Assembly: GCF_006345805.1 (NCBI RefSeq)
Contig: NC_042997.1
Span: 122,078,001-122,142,000 of the forward strand
Length of the DNA stretch: 64,000 bases
Reading direction: 5' to 3'
From: Octopus sinensis
Taxonomy: Eukaryota
The notes beneath the pieces were generated by a model, which was not told the origin of the DNA, made no database searches, and saw only the letters and a program-made list of their open reading frames with translations. Positions 27,588 through 40,803 of this stretch are shown here, piece after piece; position 1 is the stretch's first letter; each line of letters starts with the position of its first letter. The position numbers and the translations under genes are program-made.

Positions 27588-27656
<69 letters not shown>

Positions 27657-27689
27657 AAAAATCGGATAAAATCTTCATAAGAATTTATT

Positions 27690-27864
27690 AAGTAGTTAGC
27701 ATGAAAAACCTCATAAAAAAAAAAACATCAATTTTTTTTTTAAATTTATTTATTTATATTATATAGAGGGCACTATTACACATAGGTGCCACACGCTAGG
27801 AGAGACTTTTAAAGTCAAAACTACTAAAATAAATAAACGCATCTATGTGTAATAGTGCCCTATG

Positions 27865-27866
<2 letters not shown>
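27690..27866. repeat. Relative of the 10.5-kb palindromic repeat
   Basis: Shares tagc(a/g)tgaaaaacctcataa and atagagggca.tatta.acatag.tgccacacgcta. Its hairpin arms are shorter. Confidence 0.7.
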
Positions 27867-27958
<92 letters not shown>

Positions 27959-28628
27959 AGATCGACAGATAAAAAGTGAGGTAGAATGATATATACACGC
28001 AAACACACACAAACATGAAGGGACAGTATGCCTTGGTACCTACATATGTCTGTTATGAAAGAGACTCCTTCGTTTCATCGATTTCAGATTGATTCCTACA
28101 ATTATTATATTTGATGACATTCACACGAAACTCGTAACCGTTCGCTTACTAATGTATTTCTTTTCTTGAAAGTATATTGAATCAAGACAGTATGACTTGC
28201 TCTATTAAACATTAACGCAACAAAAAAAATGGCAAAAAAACCTCATATATACCGAGTGAAAATTGCTGCAATACTGCAGATGAGAGACGCTTTGACGGTA
28301 TTCACATCATTTGCTTTCATCTTATATGGACATTTTTACCTAATTTGACGAGGAAGGTGGGCTGATATTTATGGACATTGTCCATAAACACCACGTTCAT
28401 CGGAAAACAATAATTGAATAGTTAGATTCAATTTACAGAAATCGTTTTAACACACACACACACACACATGTATACATACATTCCCACGCACACACAAACA
28501 CATAGAGGCATATATGTATATATATATATATAGTCAAGTTAACAGAATTATATTTCTATTTCCAACTTAGATAAATTTTCAAAGCAAACTCTTACAGTCG
28601 ACTGAGCAAAGGCTGCAACAAGCAAGAA

Positions 28629-28629
<1 letters not shown>

Positions 28630-28692
<63 letters not shown>
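28630..28692. repeat. (TAA)n microsatellite
   Basis: Direct reading. Confidence 0.95.
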
Positions 28693-28850
28693 GGCAAGGA
28701 TTATCAGGATGGTTCTGAGCACTTGAAAGACTACTGGAATCTTGTGGATACCCAAGGTCACGTGTAGTAACCCGCTACCCACATAAATTCTACCAGGAAT
28801 AAGACCAAAACCTGAATCAAACCATTGATATTAGTAACAATAATAATAAA
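28693..28850 (+). mobile_element. 5'-truncated 3' end of an R4/Dong-like non-LTR element
   Basis: Reads ARIIRMVLST* (typical R4-clade ORF end), then a short UTR and a taataataa tail. Confidence 0.55.
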
Positions 28851-29019
28851 GATGATGATGATGATTTCATTTATTTGTCACAAGGGTGAAGGATGAGGGG
28901 AACAATAGAATGACAGACATAAATTGTGGGTGTTTACATGAAATGAAAAAAGAAAAGATAGTAATTATACATTGACTAAGAAGGAACATATGCATAGCAT
29001 ACAAAAAAAATCTATTTAA

Positions 29020-29222
29020 AGTACAAGGCCTGAAATTCCGGTTAAGGGAACTAGTTGATTACATTGACCCCAGTGTTTCATTGGTACTTAATTTAACAAA
29101 CCCGAAAATATGAAAGGCAAAGATGGTTTCAGCAGAATTTGATCTCAGTACGTAAACGACAGACGACATACCGCTAAGCATTTCGCCCAACGTGCTAACG
29201 ATTATGCCAGCTCTCCGCCTCA
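29020..29222 (-). mobile_element. SINE family B variant
   Basis: Family B core and head. Confidence 0.8.
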
Positions 29223-30189
29223 ATAATACTAATAATAATAATAATAATATAATAATAATAATAATGATAACAATAAATGATGATGATGATGACAATGATG
29301 GCTGATGCAAAATGCATGCTGGCAGAAGTTACGGGCATGGTTTCCAGTGGTGTGATATGTAGTTCGGAATTTCCATCTTGAAATAGAATTAAAAATGTCA
29401 TCCCGAATATGTAATTAGAATGTTGGTTTGTATGACAGTGAAATATTCTTCATTGTGCCGAATACCAGTATTGAAAACGGTAACATCAACAGAAGTAAAC
29501 ACATACAACATAACATACAAATTTATGTATATTTATTTGGGATTGATTTAAATCCTTTTATTCTTGTACAGAATTCAACCTGGCTCATATGTTTAATCTT
29601 TGACGCTTGTTGATAAACGAATTAGTGTGCGCACATATGTTGTGTGTGAATAAACTTGCGCTCATTAAGTGTGTAGGCATGTCACTTTAGTATTTATGTA
29701 CTTTTCTTCTGCTCTGGCCTGTCAGTCTTTATTTTCACTTCAGTTTTCCTATCGAACGCACCATTTTTTTACCATTCTTTACATTTGTTCAAGAACTGCT
29801 GTTCGAACGACTAAAATCTGTCTTCCTTTCTTCTTACATCATTGCACATGCACACTACGTTTTTTTTCTTCTCTTGTATTTGTCGCTTAGGTTTAACCGT
29901 ACATATTTTCGTATTCTTAGTATTTTTCTATGACAGTTGCTAACACTCAACCATATAATTCGTTTCGATTTAGTTCTTGTCTTGACTGCATCAATCTGTA
30001 ACAATTATTTCTTGCAGTTGTTGAAACCGATGGGGAAGTCGGTACAGTTTTAAGGAATGAGAATAGAAAAATCTCTTGATACATATCTGATGATGACTCT
30101 CCAGTCATGTTTGCATCGGGTGCGTCCAGTTTCTTTCATTTTTCATGCAGAAAAAAATCCCTGATCACATTCCGAAACTTTATATATAT

Positions 30190-30240
<51 letters not shown>

Positions 30241-30245
<5 letters not shown>

Positions 30246-30484
30246 TAGTCATCGCCATACTAATATGTCAGTCTATAAATATAAGACTAAAGCTGTCGCT
30301 GATTAGCTCCAAGATGTCTGACTAGCAAGGTGAAGCGGCTGACCTCCCCTGTTCGAAGGTTATAATGGACGCAGGTTCGTGTGTCATATAGCTAGCTAGA
30401 GGCGATGGCCTCTTGGAGCTAATCAGCGACAGCTTTAGGCTTATATTTATAGACTGCCATATTAGTATGGCGATAACTATTAAT
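30241..30484. repeat. 74-bp inverted repeat with a 96-bp spacer
   Basis: 30241-30314 versus 30411-30484, about 3 mismatches. Confidence 0.9.
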
Positions 30485-30710
30485 ATCCAGTAACGCTGCC
30501 GTAATCTCCTTTAGAGAGACTTAGTAAATTTAATATTTGTATTATTGAAAACAAGTGGATGTATTCCACTGTAACTAGGTAAATAAAATCTTCGAACAGA
30601 CAGTCAGTAGCGACACCTGCTGGTTCTGACTACGCTGCATTGATAAAGGGCAACAACCCTGAAACATGTCTGCAGATGTCTGACTAGCAAGGTGAAGCGG
30701 CTGACCTCCC

Positions 30711-30745
<35 letters not shown>

Positions 30746-30954
30746 ATTATACATACGCTCTCTCACACACACATACTACACAAAACACACTCTCATATAT
30801 TTATACAACGAGCTGACACATAGTTTTCGTCGACTAAATTCAATTACAAGAAGCTGATTTGCCTGGGGCTTTTGCAGATACTGTGTAAGGAGCGCATAGC
30901 ACGACTGGGACCACTTAGTTGCAGTAAGCTCATAATCACATAGACATACCCGCT

Positions 30955-31140
30955 CATGCATGCATACATACATACATACATACATACATACGTACATACA
31001 CAGACACATACATACATACACACACATACATACATACATACATACATACATACATACATACATACATACATACATACATAAATGCACACACACATGCATA
31101 CACACACATAAATACATACACATGCATACATACATACATA
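30955..31140. repeat. (TACA)n microsatellite; similar arrays at 34430-34566 and 61035-61165
   Basis: Direct reading. Confidence 0.95.
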
Positions 31141-32501
31141 TTCGGAACCGAATCAAACTGAAGTAATTAATGTAACTCCTACTAAATGTGTTGTTTGTCC
31201 ACAGGTATGTATGTATGTATGTACGGACGGACGTACCTACGGATGTATGTACGTACGTACGTACATATGTATGCATGTATGTATGTATGTAAGCATGCCT
31301 CTATGAAGACTGACCGGGACTGACTGGGAATGTATGTATGAAGACTGACCGGCAGAAATATATAAAAGAAACTGTATTTGTGAAGTATAGAAGTTTCTTA
31401 TTCGTACCGAGGAGACAACGCCAGTTGGCAAAACAGAAATTTGTATTCAGTTATTGAATGTATTCTAGTTTACGACTGATTCTTTCAGTAACGTCTTCAG
31501 AAAAGAAGAAAGCAATGCAAATCGTAGACATCTCCATCCATATATTGAAAAAAAAAGAAAATTTTTGGCATTTCTCGTGTCTCTCAGTCGATTTAACCGT
31601 AATTTATATGCAACATTTGTATTGTAGTGTAATACTAAGAGCAAAAAGAGACAGTACATTATGAGTTGCTGTTATTTCAGTCGATTTCAAAACAAGCCAA
31701 TTAGGTTGGTTGAATCTAAGCCAAATTCCAAAAGAATAGTGGTTTACGATTATGCCAGAATTAACAACTAAAATGCTTATTACCTGAGTATAGAATAACA
31801 GAATATTACGTATTTTCTGAAGCATTGCATGCAACAGAAGACTGGTATATTACTCCGTATATCAGCTTAACCAGATCTTAAGTTACATTAATAGTCTTTC
31901 TAAAAATCCAATAGAGTATAGAAATTATGACAGACAGACAAATTCAACAAAAACCAATAGTAATAAATCCACACGAATAATCCTTTAGCAAATCCAGACC
32001 TAATAAATCATTTACGTGCAATGTCATCTCGTTATAGACACCATTCGTTTTATTATAGCATGTAATTGAATCCCCATTTTATCAGTTTTGTGTGCCTTAA
32101 AAGAAAGTACATTCTTTTAAATTTAGGCAAGATTAGGTATGATACAATTAGAATTAAATCGAATACATTCAAATTTTTAGTCTAATGTATCAACCCCAGT
32201 ACTACTTATTCTACGGGTCGCTTTTGCCGAACCGCTAATTTATGGGGATGTAAACACACCAGCATCGGTTGTCAAATTGTAAGAAGATGGGCAAACATAT
32301 ACACAAAGACACAGACTATTAATTGAATATTATTCACCGCAGTTTAACAGCATCAGTATGTGGTGTTACACTTGCAATAGTATCAATATATATATATAAA
32401 GTTAATCCAAACATGAAAACACAAAGAGAAAACACAACAACGCGAGGACGTGGAACAAGAATAGTATTATTGGACGCTCAGAAAGGAAGGGAAGAAGGAG
32501 G

Positions 32502-32536
32502 GTTTTACGTTTCGAGCGGAGCTCTTCGTCAGAAAC
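32502..32536 (-). ncRNA. Minimal type I hammerhead ribozyme motif (family H1), intact core
   Basis: Minus strand reads gttt-CTGACGA-a-gagc-tcc-gctc-GAAA-cg-TA-aaac. It lies in a GA-rich repeat fragment at about 32415-32580. Confidence 0.7.
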
Positions 32537-33534
32537 ATAGGAAAAGGAAAGATCCAGAGAAGGGAAGACGGAGGATATATATATATATATGTGCATACAC
32601 ACACACGAGTGTGAGTGTGTGTGCGTGCGTATTTCTCTATATAGATTTTGTCAGTAAAATATATCGAGCCGAGCTCCACATGTCATCAGTAGACCACTTG
32701 GACTGTTTCGGCGCGATTTCTCTTCCCCAGCCGTAGATATATGTAGTAAGACAAATTTCAACCTAGCTTTATGTAATTGAGGCAGCATCAATAATCGTCG
32801 GGATTAAATAACACCATGGCAATGGGTTTACATGTCTGCTGCTGTCGGTATTTGGATTTCGGTGCCACGTAATTTTACGCAAAATTTATTGAAAATTCTT
32901 TTTCTCTAGCAACGAATGCCGTTCAGAGTCTTGTGTGCAGGACATCTGTCTCGCATGTAGAGACGGAATATGCAACGCATCAAATCTGCTTCTCAGACAT
33001 TAGGACTCATTTTACAAAGTACTTCAGTTCGCAGTACTTTTTAATTCATCCAGGTTGTGATTAAATCCAACTGCACCACATGATTAGCGACCCTACTGTG
33101 TTTAGAAACAGACGTCTGAAGAATCTTAAAAGAAAGAGTAACTATAGATTTTCCAATCCAATATACTTGCCTGATGCTAATCTTAACACCACCAACTTGC
33201 CCCTGGAATTTACTTCGTCACGAACAATTCTGGCCTGAGAACGGCAACAATCCCAACACTCTCAAAGACTATTAGGAAATAATTTATCAACAACACATTA
33301 CGTTGATTGACACAAAGACGTTTTTCATTATATTTTTCTGCAAAATACTTCTGTCTCTGTTTAAATGTTCCTTGATTAGCTGAAAGAATATTTTACTTGA
33401 CTCGTCACATTTACGTGGGAGAAATTAATAATTAAAATTGTCGCAACAAGTAAAGGTGCACCGCGTAATGACAGAATATTGAACAAAAACAATTAGAATT
33501 ATTGGAATTGAAACTGAATTAACTTTGCAGACTC

Positions 33535-33784
33535 TTTTATCATTTACGTGTTTCAATCATAAGACTGCGGTCATACTTGGGCACTGTCTTGAAGAATGTT
33601 TAGTCGAATGTATCGACCCAGGCACTTATTTTTTAAGTCTAATTATCTATTTTTGCCGAAACGCTAAATTACGGGGATGTAAACACACCATCACCAGTTG
33701 TCAAGCAGTGGTGGTGGGTCAAATATAGACACAAAGAAACACACACACACACTCACATACTTACACACACATATCAAGCTCGTC

Positions 33785-33824
<40 letters not shown>

Positions 33825-33960
33825 GGTGGGCTACTTTCAGTTTCCTTCTACCAAATCTACTCACAAGGCTTTGGTCAGCCTGCGACCAAGGTACCATGCA
33901 TTGAGTTTGAACCGAACCCTGTAGTGAGGAAGGAAGCTGCTTACCACTAGCCACGCCTAC
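33535..33960 (-). mobile_element. SINE family A; another partial copy at 32195-32312
   Basis: Aligns with family A. Confidence 0.85.
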
Positions 33961-34059
33961 ACCCTAATTCTTGACATCCTGAATAACTTAATTTTCCCCG
34001 AAGAATACACACAAACACATGCACTCGCACACATCCACACACATATTTTTCTTTCTCTA

Positions 34060-35000
34060 AATACATATCACATTTCCTCTGAGCCTGCCGCTTTTGTTGT
34101 AAAACTCCTGATATATTGCACCAATTTGATATCTTTCGAGGATATCATTCAGCTGATTCCGCCTTCCATTAAGCCTATTCTATCTGCCATACTACAAACC
34201 TCACGTCAGATAACCACTCTCCTCCAAAACAAATTACCTTTCTTTCTTCCATCCATTTCATCCAGTCAGCCATCATATCGTACATACATACATGCATACA
34301 TAAAAGGCTTCGAACGACCCATCCGTGTTTTTTTTTGTATCGTCTATCTGGATGTTTTGTTGTCTCTTTTTGTATCACCTTGTTGTCCGGATGTTTTGCG
34401 ATCTTCTCCCATTTTGTATTTTATTTTATATATACATACATACACATACATACATACATGCATACATACATACATACATACATACATACATACATACATG
34501 CATACATACATACATACATACATACATACATACATACATACATACATACATACATACATGCATACATAGCCTTTGCTACTCAATCACTTTAATTGATACT
34601 TTTTCACAGCTTTTGTTTTCTTTTATCTGAGCCTCCCCTGCAATCCTGTCCTTTCCCAATCTCTACTCTCAGCACCATCTTTCAAATACCTGTTTTATTA
34701 GTTATCACGCCTTCAGTTTCAACCAACTCTGCGTTTTGTGTGTATTCGACCTCGATGCCTTATTTGTCCCTCCTGCTCGTACATTACCGCACTGATAGCT
34801 TTAATGCGACCAACTCATTTAAATCTACCTCGCATGTTCTCACATACTGCATAGCATGCAAACAGCATGGTGAAATGCAGCGAGGGAAATCGAGTTATCG
34901 TTTGAGATTGAAGAATTGCGAGTACTTCCAAAATATTTGTAAAAATATTAAGGCATTTCTGAAAGAGCCTGCAAGGGTCTTTGATTCGAAGTAAAGACAC
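34060..35000 (+). mobile_element. Degenerate Penelope-like element (GIY-YIG endonuclease region), interrupted by (TACA)n
   Basis: TDSFNATNSFKSTSHVLTYCIACKQHGEMQRGKSSYRLRLKNCEYFQNI resembles the PLE pattern FTCTS.NVIYCI.C..C...YIGET.RRL..RF.EH. Upstream PPSIKPILSAIL resembles the PLE linker. Confidence 0.5.
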
Positions 35001-35706
35001 AAAGTCAGAAAGCATTATATTTAATTTTGGTACCTCTACCCTACATAGCTTTGATGCACACATTAACTGCCTCTAGTTCTGTCCTCACACAATTTCCTTG
35101 TCACTGCTTATCCTTTACACACAAACACACATTGTGTCTTCAGTAGTATCACGTTCGTGTATGTGTATATGTGTGAAGGTCCCTTCTATTCTAGCTGTGA
35201 ATTCTACTTAACATTTTCAGATGGCTAATGACATAGTTGAGATACAAGTAGAATTAATATTTCTAGCTTTTTCTCACGTGCGGTCACTTGTCTAACTCTG
35301 TATTTTATTTGTTTGTCTCCTTTTCGCCTCAGAATCTTGTGTTATTTGAGCGATTTTCTCTCTCTCCCTCTCACACACATGCAAAGAATTTATTCCTATA
35401 AGAGTGATTAAGACTTCGACGGTAAGGCCTGCTAGCCTTCATCGTACAATCCGGTGAAAACTAGCTGGGCAAAACATTAAAGTTACTATTACCAGTTTTC
35501 ATGTCAATGCTTAATGAATATATGCTTCACTAAAAGGTATTGGGAAATTTTTCCGTTTAATGTTAAATTGTTTACATATATAACTCGAATTAAAAACAAA
35601 CATACACACACATATATATATAGATATATATTTATATAAGGACATAATTAAAATTATGTATGTGTGTGTATATATATATATATGTACACACACACACAAA
35701 AGAATA

Positions 35707-36100
35707 GGGGCAGGCATGGCTAAGTGATAAGGTGATTGCTTCTTAACTACATGGTTCCGAGTTCAGTTCCATTGCATGGCACCTTATGTGTCCTCTCCTA
35801 TATACTAGGGCCGACCAAAGGCTTATAAGTGGATTCGATAATCGAAAACTGAGAGAAGCCCGTCGTGTATACATATATATATATATATTTAGGTGTTTGT
35901 ATCTTTTCGTTTCTTTTTGTCCTATTACCACCGCTTGAATACCGATGTTGGTGGGTTTGCGTCCCCGTAACGTAGTGGTTCGGCAAAGAACCGATTGAAT
36001 AAGTACCAGGCTTAAAATATATGTTCTGGGGCCGATTCTTTCGACTAAAAATTCAAAACCGCAATCTAATGACTGAAACAAGTAAAAAAATAAAAGACAG
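35707..36100 (+). mobile_element. SINE family A
   Basis: Head ggcaggcatggctaagtg...catggttccgagttcagttcc through the 3' tail. Confidence 0.85.
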
Positions 36101-36102
36101 AA

Positions 36103-36187
<85 letters not shown>

Positions 36188-36586
36188 ATGTTTGTATATA
36201 TGTATATTTGCATATGCAGATTGATGCGTAGAATCATGTTAAAGATGGTGTCCACAAGATGTCTGCAAGATGCCTATATCAAAATTATAATCTATATATA
36301 GCAAACCGCGTGTGTTGTTCAGCCTTTTTTTATTCTCCTTTCGTCATAGATCTTTCACACCTACCATGTGTGAAGCAGCTCATAAACAATCAAAGCTGAC
36401 ACCTATGAGAATCTATCTTAACAACACCTCTTTGCTTTAAATTTTCGGAAACTTATGGCAGCCAAGACAGTCATTTGCTATATTCCATTAACCATAACAT
36501 GTACAAACATACACAGAAACACACCTACACATACACACACACACACTAAATTTCGTACGTAGGTATGTAAATACATAAACATACAA

Positions 36587-36636
<50 letters not shown>

Positions 36637-37927
36637 GTATGTACATACATACGTACATGCTTGCATAAGTACCTAGATACATACAGATTTGTGTGTGTGC
36701 GGTAGTGTTTGTACCGTCACGTATCTGTAATTTTGCTACGGCATATGAATGAGAGGACTAAGTTTTGTTCGTGAAAATAAGATGGGAAGTTACAGCTACA
36801 TATGCAGTAGTGAATAAAACGGCATAGAAGAGAGTTTTATGGACAATGCAAGTGGCAATATCTCGGCAATTACAAACAGCTTCAAACAGACAAGATGTAT
36901 TGAATAGAAAAACAGAAGTTCTCACCAAACACAATCTTTTATTTGAACATCCCATGAGAATGACTCCTAAATCTCAAATGACAGCACTTGAAATCCTTTA
37001 TATCGCTTCTGCCTACTACAATAAAATGCCTGTGTGTGTATTTAATTGCCTGTCCGTGTGCTTGTGTGCAGATACATACAGAGTTAAATGTGTGGAGATA
37101 AATACAGAACTGTATGTGTGTGTATATATTTAGTGGCTGAACGCAAGCAAATATTTGTCAGACGGAATGTACGATTACAACAAATCATAAAGTTGGGAGA
37201 ATTATTATTTAGCTAAACGAGTGAGTGTCTCTTATCCAACATAAATTATTATCAAGTGTTTCATTTAGTCTTCCTAGCGTACTGTCATGTTATTTTACTT
37301 GTAGGTATATGTGTTTTATCATACCATACACGCATATACATTTTTTCACATCCACTTCATCTCAATATTTGAGATACAGACTCACACAAAATCATTCCCG
37401 TGGACAGTACGCACATATAGGTAGCTAGCACAAATATTTAAATGTACAGATACACACGCTGAAATTCATAAAACCTATTATCTCTCAAATCTTATACATT
37501 GTATTCTTTATTGGTGGTGTCTCAGCGGATGGTTGGTGATGGATTACTCTATATATGTATGGTTTTGATTATGCAAAGTGATGTTATCTAGGCAAATATA
37601 ACTTATATTAGGATTTTAGCCATTAAAAATTTTACAGTATTTTAACCGGAAAAGATTGCGCTATAAATTATAGATATTTCCTAGAAATGTTTGGAACGAC
37701 GTCTACATTATGACATGGACATATCAGATTATATACCTACATCAGATTTTCAGGAATAGTGGGGGCTGCTTTTCATATTGTTTCTCCCATAAAGTCATTC
37801 CAGTCTAGAGGCTCATTATATGGAAATATGCACTGTCGAAATTTTATCTATCAAGAATAAAAAGGACAGTCATACTCTTGCTTATGTCTGCTGTAAGATC
37901 CTTACTTATATTTGAGAATGACTAGTA

Positions 37928-38311
37928 TCTCTCTATATATAAACGGCAGTTTGTCTGTGCGTGTTTCTGTGTGTCTGTTTGCTTGTACCCTCACCCTGAC
38001 CACGGCTTTCAACCGATTCTGATGAAACTTGACACACACATAGCCCAATGTCATAATTCAAAACTAACGCAGCGAAAATTTTGAAAAGTTCCCCCAGTTT
38101 TGAAAAAAATCGATAAATTCGACATGGGGTCGACAATCAGAAACACGAACCACAAACTGTCTAGAGGACGCAACTCCACCTTTTTTAAATCTCAAAAAAA
38201 ATTTACCATCATTTTTTCCCATTTTTTTTCTATTTTTTGGCTATAACTCTCTAAAAATGCTTTATAGTTATTTCCCTTACAAACCTGAGCAACGCCGGGC
38301 GATACTGCTAG
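37928..38311 (+). mobile_element. Non-autonomous Helitron-like element, second copy
   Basis: Highly similar to 23526-23903, with the same A|TC...CTAG|T ends. Confidence 0.85.
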
Positions 38312-38362
38312 TTTTAAATAAAATATAGTAGTCTTTCCCTTGCTTCAGTAGAGGAATAGTGA

Positions 38363-38399
<37 letters not shown>

Positions 38400-38974
38400 C
38401 ATATGGGGGGGGGCATGTATACATACACACACATGTGCACCAGTGACGGTGAGGAGATTTAATAATGGGCACTTTTAACATAAAATAACAACATTGCTAC
38501 ATAGATAGCGTTGTACTTAGTTTTTTTGTTTTGGCATAGATAGTTGAGAAAAAACTAAGTCTTTTCGTTCATATAAGCAAGACAATGAAATTCTTATTCT
38601 ACATATTAATACTGTGCGTGGAACTGCGTAAAAAACTTGAAAGAGGAAAGAAATGAACGTTTTAAAATTTGAGTTTGGGTAAAATAGTGCTAGATGTGAG
38701 TCCGGATAGAGGTCCATTGTTTATGATTTTAAGCAAACGTTTTTAGAGACAGATCTGATTTAACAACATGGAAGTCGAATTTACCAAGCGAAATATTTGA
38801 ATATTTGCGGAATGCCATCGTATGAACAAGCATACTCGCGTACATTGATACACGCGCATAAACATATCTATATATAGGTTAATGATCCCCATGGGATCAC
38901 TATGTGTGCCATCCTGCAGCCTTATTTCTGCCTGTATTCAGATTGGCTGATAAAAAGTGTAATTCCTAGCAACG

Positions 38975-39028
<54 letters not shown>

Positions 39029-39042
39029 ATATATATTATAAA

Positions 39043-39670
39043 TAGGGTTCAGCAAAGATTTGCCTTACCGCATACCGAAGTTTAGAAATAGCAGCCAGAG
39101 AACCTTAGCTATTTCCTCTACTTTAAAAAGAGATTCCTGGACAAAAGCAAAGTACTCGAAAACAATCCACGCAGGCAGAGAGGAAAAATGACGAAAATCA
39201 ATCGATATTTGATTACCTATGTACGCGTTTCGGAATTAGATCGGTATAAAGAATGTAGAATTTATACTTTACCCGGAACACTTTACTCATCAGCATGGGA
39301 CTTCACAATATTAAATCCGGAGGCACTGGATGAATTGAATATACCTCTCTAAATAACAGTATCAGACAGATCATATTCAATGTCCAGTACCGCCGAATTT
39401 AAAATATACGAATGAGGTTCATTACCCTCCCCTGCCTATCCACGTGTGTCGTCAAGTATAAAAATACTACAGAAAAATCTGTAGTTTATTATCCGGGAGA
39501 AAATTATATTATCAATAATAACAAAGGGTAAAATTAATTAATTAACTAGTAATCAATAATTTCACCAAGTATAATCCGGCATGAAAAGGGACCTTTTCTC
39601 GGTAAACTTAAGTAATATCTTATAATTAGGGTTCAGCAAAGATTTGTTTTACCACATACCGAAGTTTTAG

Positions 39671-39675
<5 letters not shown>
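39043..39675 (-). mobile_element. Hammerhead-bearing ~584-bp unit with a ~48-bp terminal direct repeat (family H3, retrozyme-like)
   Basis: tagggttcagcaaagattt...gaagtttagaaata occurs at 39043 and again at 39627. The unit is homologous to 57040-57592 in a different permutation. Confidence 0.7.
39216..39299 (-). ncRNA. Type I hammerhead ribozyme motif (family H3), core intact
   Basis: Minus strand reads cccatg-CTGATGA-g[55-nt helix II region]c-GAAA-cgcg-TA-catagg. Confidence 0.7.
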
Positions 39676-39721
<46 letters not shown>

Positions 39722-39986
39722 GTGTGTGTGTGTGTGTGTAAAGAGGTATAAATACAAAACTGGATCGACAGCTATCAAATAATCACACCTAGAAGTTCGC
39801 ATCGCACATCTTAACTCAACTAAAATTAGAGCATTCCACGAGAATAGTTTTCATAAGTAATTCAAAATATAAGAAATCATTGGCTGCTACAACGTATAAT
39901 TAAAAAAAAAAGAGTGGAATTAAAGAAACACGCGAAGATATAACAAGTAGATACGCATACATATTAGTTCAACTTCAACATATATA

Positions 39987-40018
<32 letters not shown>

Positions 40019-40194
40019 TTAGTTATGTTTCTAGCAATTACACATTTTATCACACAATCTGAATACAGACAGAAATATGGCTGCAGGATGGCACACATAG
40101 CGATCTCATGGGTCTCAATGCAAAAACGAACAGAGGGGCAAGTCGAGAACGAACTAGATGCAATCTGCCGACACCATAGTGTGTCTTCCTGAGG

Positions 40195-40342
40195 ATATGA
40201 ACATCTCACTGAGGTGGCGAAGCGAGAAATAAATTAAAATATAAATCCAGTAGCTTCTGGACAATAATAGATACACACATATATAAGTATGCATATATAT
40301 ATATATATTTCTCGCTTCGCCACCTTAGAGAGATGTTCATAT
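40195..40342. repeat. 36-bp inverted repeat
   Basis: 40195-40230 versus 40307-40342, 2 mismatches. Confidence 0.85.
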
Positions 40343-40659
40343 ATATATACGTATTAAGAATGAAAAATAAACAGATAACAGGGTAAGGATATTAGTAGGA
40401 GGGGTAAGGAAAGTAAAGGCGGAGGATTAAATATTGTAACTGTTGCCCGAGATACGCCAGCACATTATAGACACTTAGTTACACTTATGTGAGTACGAAC
40501 GCACATAAATATGCTTGTATAAATATTCATATATATAAATATGTAGTAACTCTCTTAGTGCATAGATACGTATGGGTGTGTGTGTGTGTAAACAGTATGA
40601 GTGACTAATTCGCAATTTTGCAACATAAAGTCAGAAGAATATGCGTCACTAAAGGGAAC

Positions 40660-40803
40660 AAGAGCATTAACCAGCACCAGTATTGCTAGAAATAAGAACC
40701 AAAACAACTCAATAACAACAAAAGTACTATCTTAATGAGCTGGCAAGCTATTGAGTTGTTTTGGCTCTTATTTCAGGTAATACTAGTGCTGGTTAATACT
40801 CTT
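40660..40803. repeat. Imperfect ~55-bp inverted repeat
   Basis: 40660-40714 versus 40749-40803. Confidence 0.8.
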
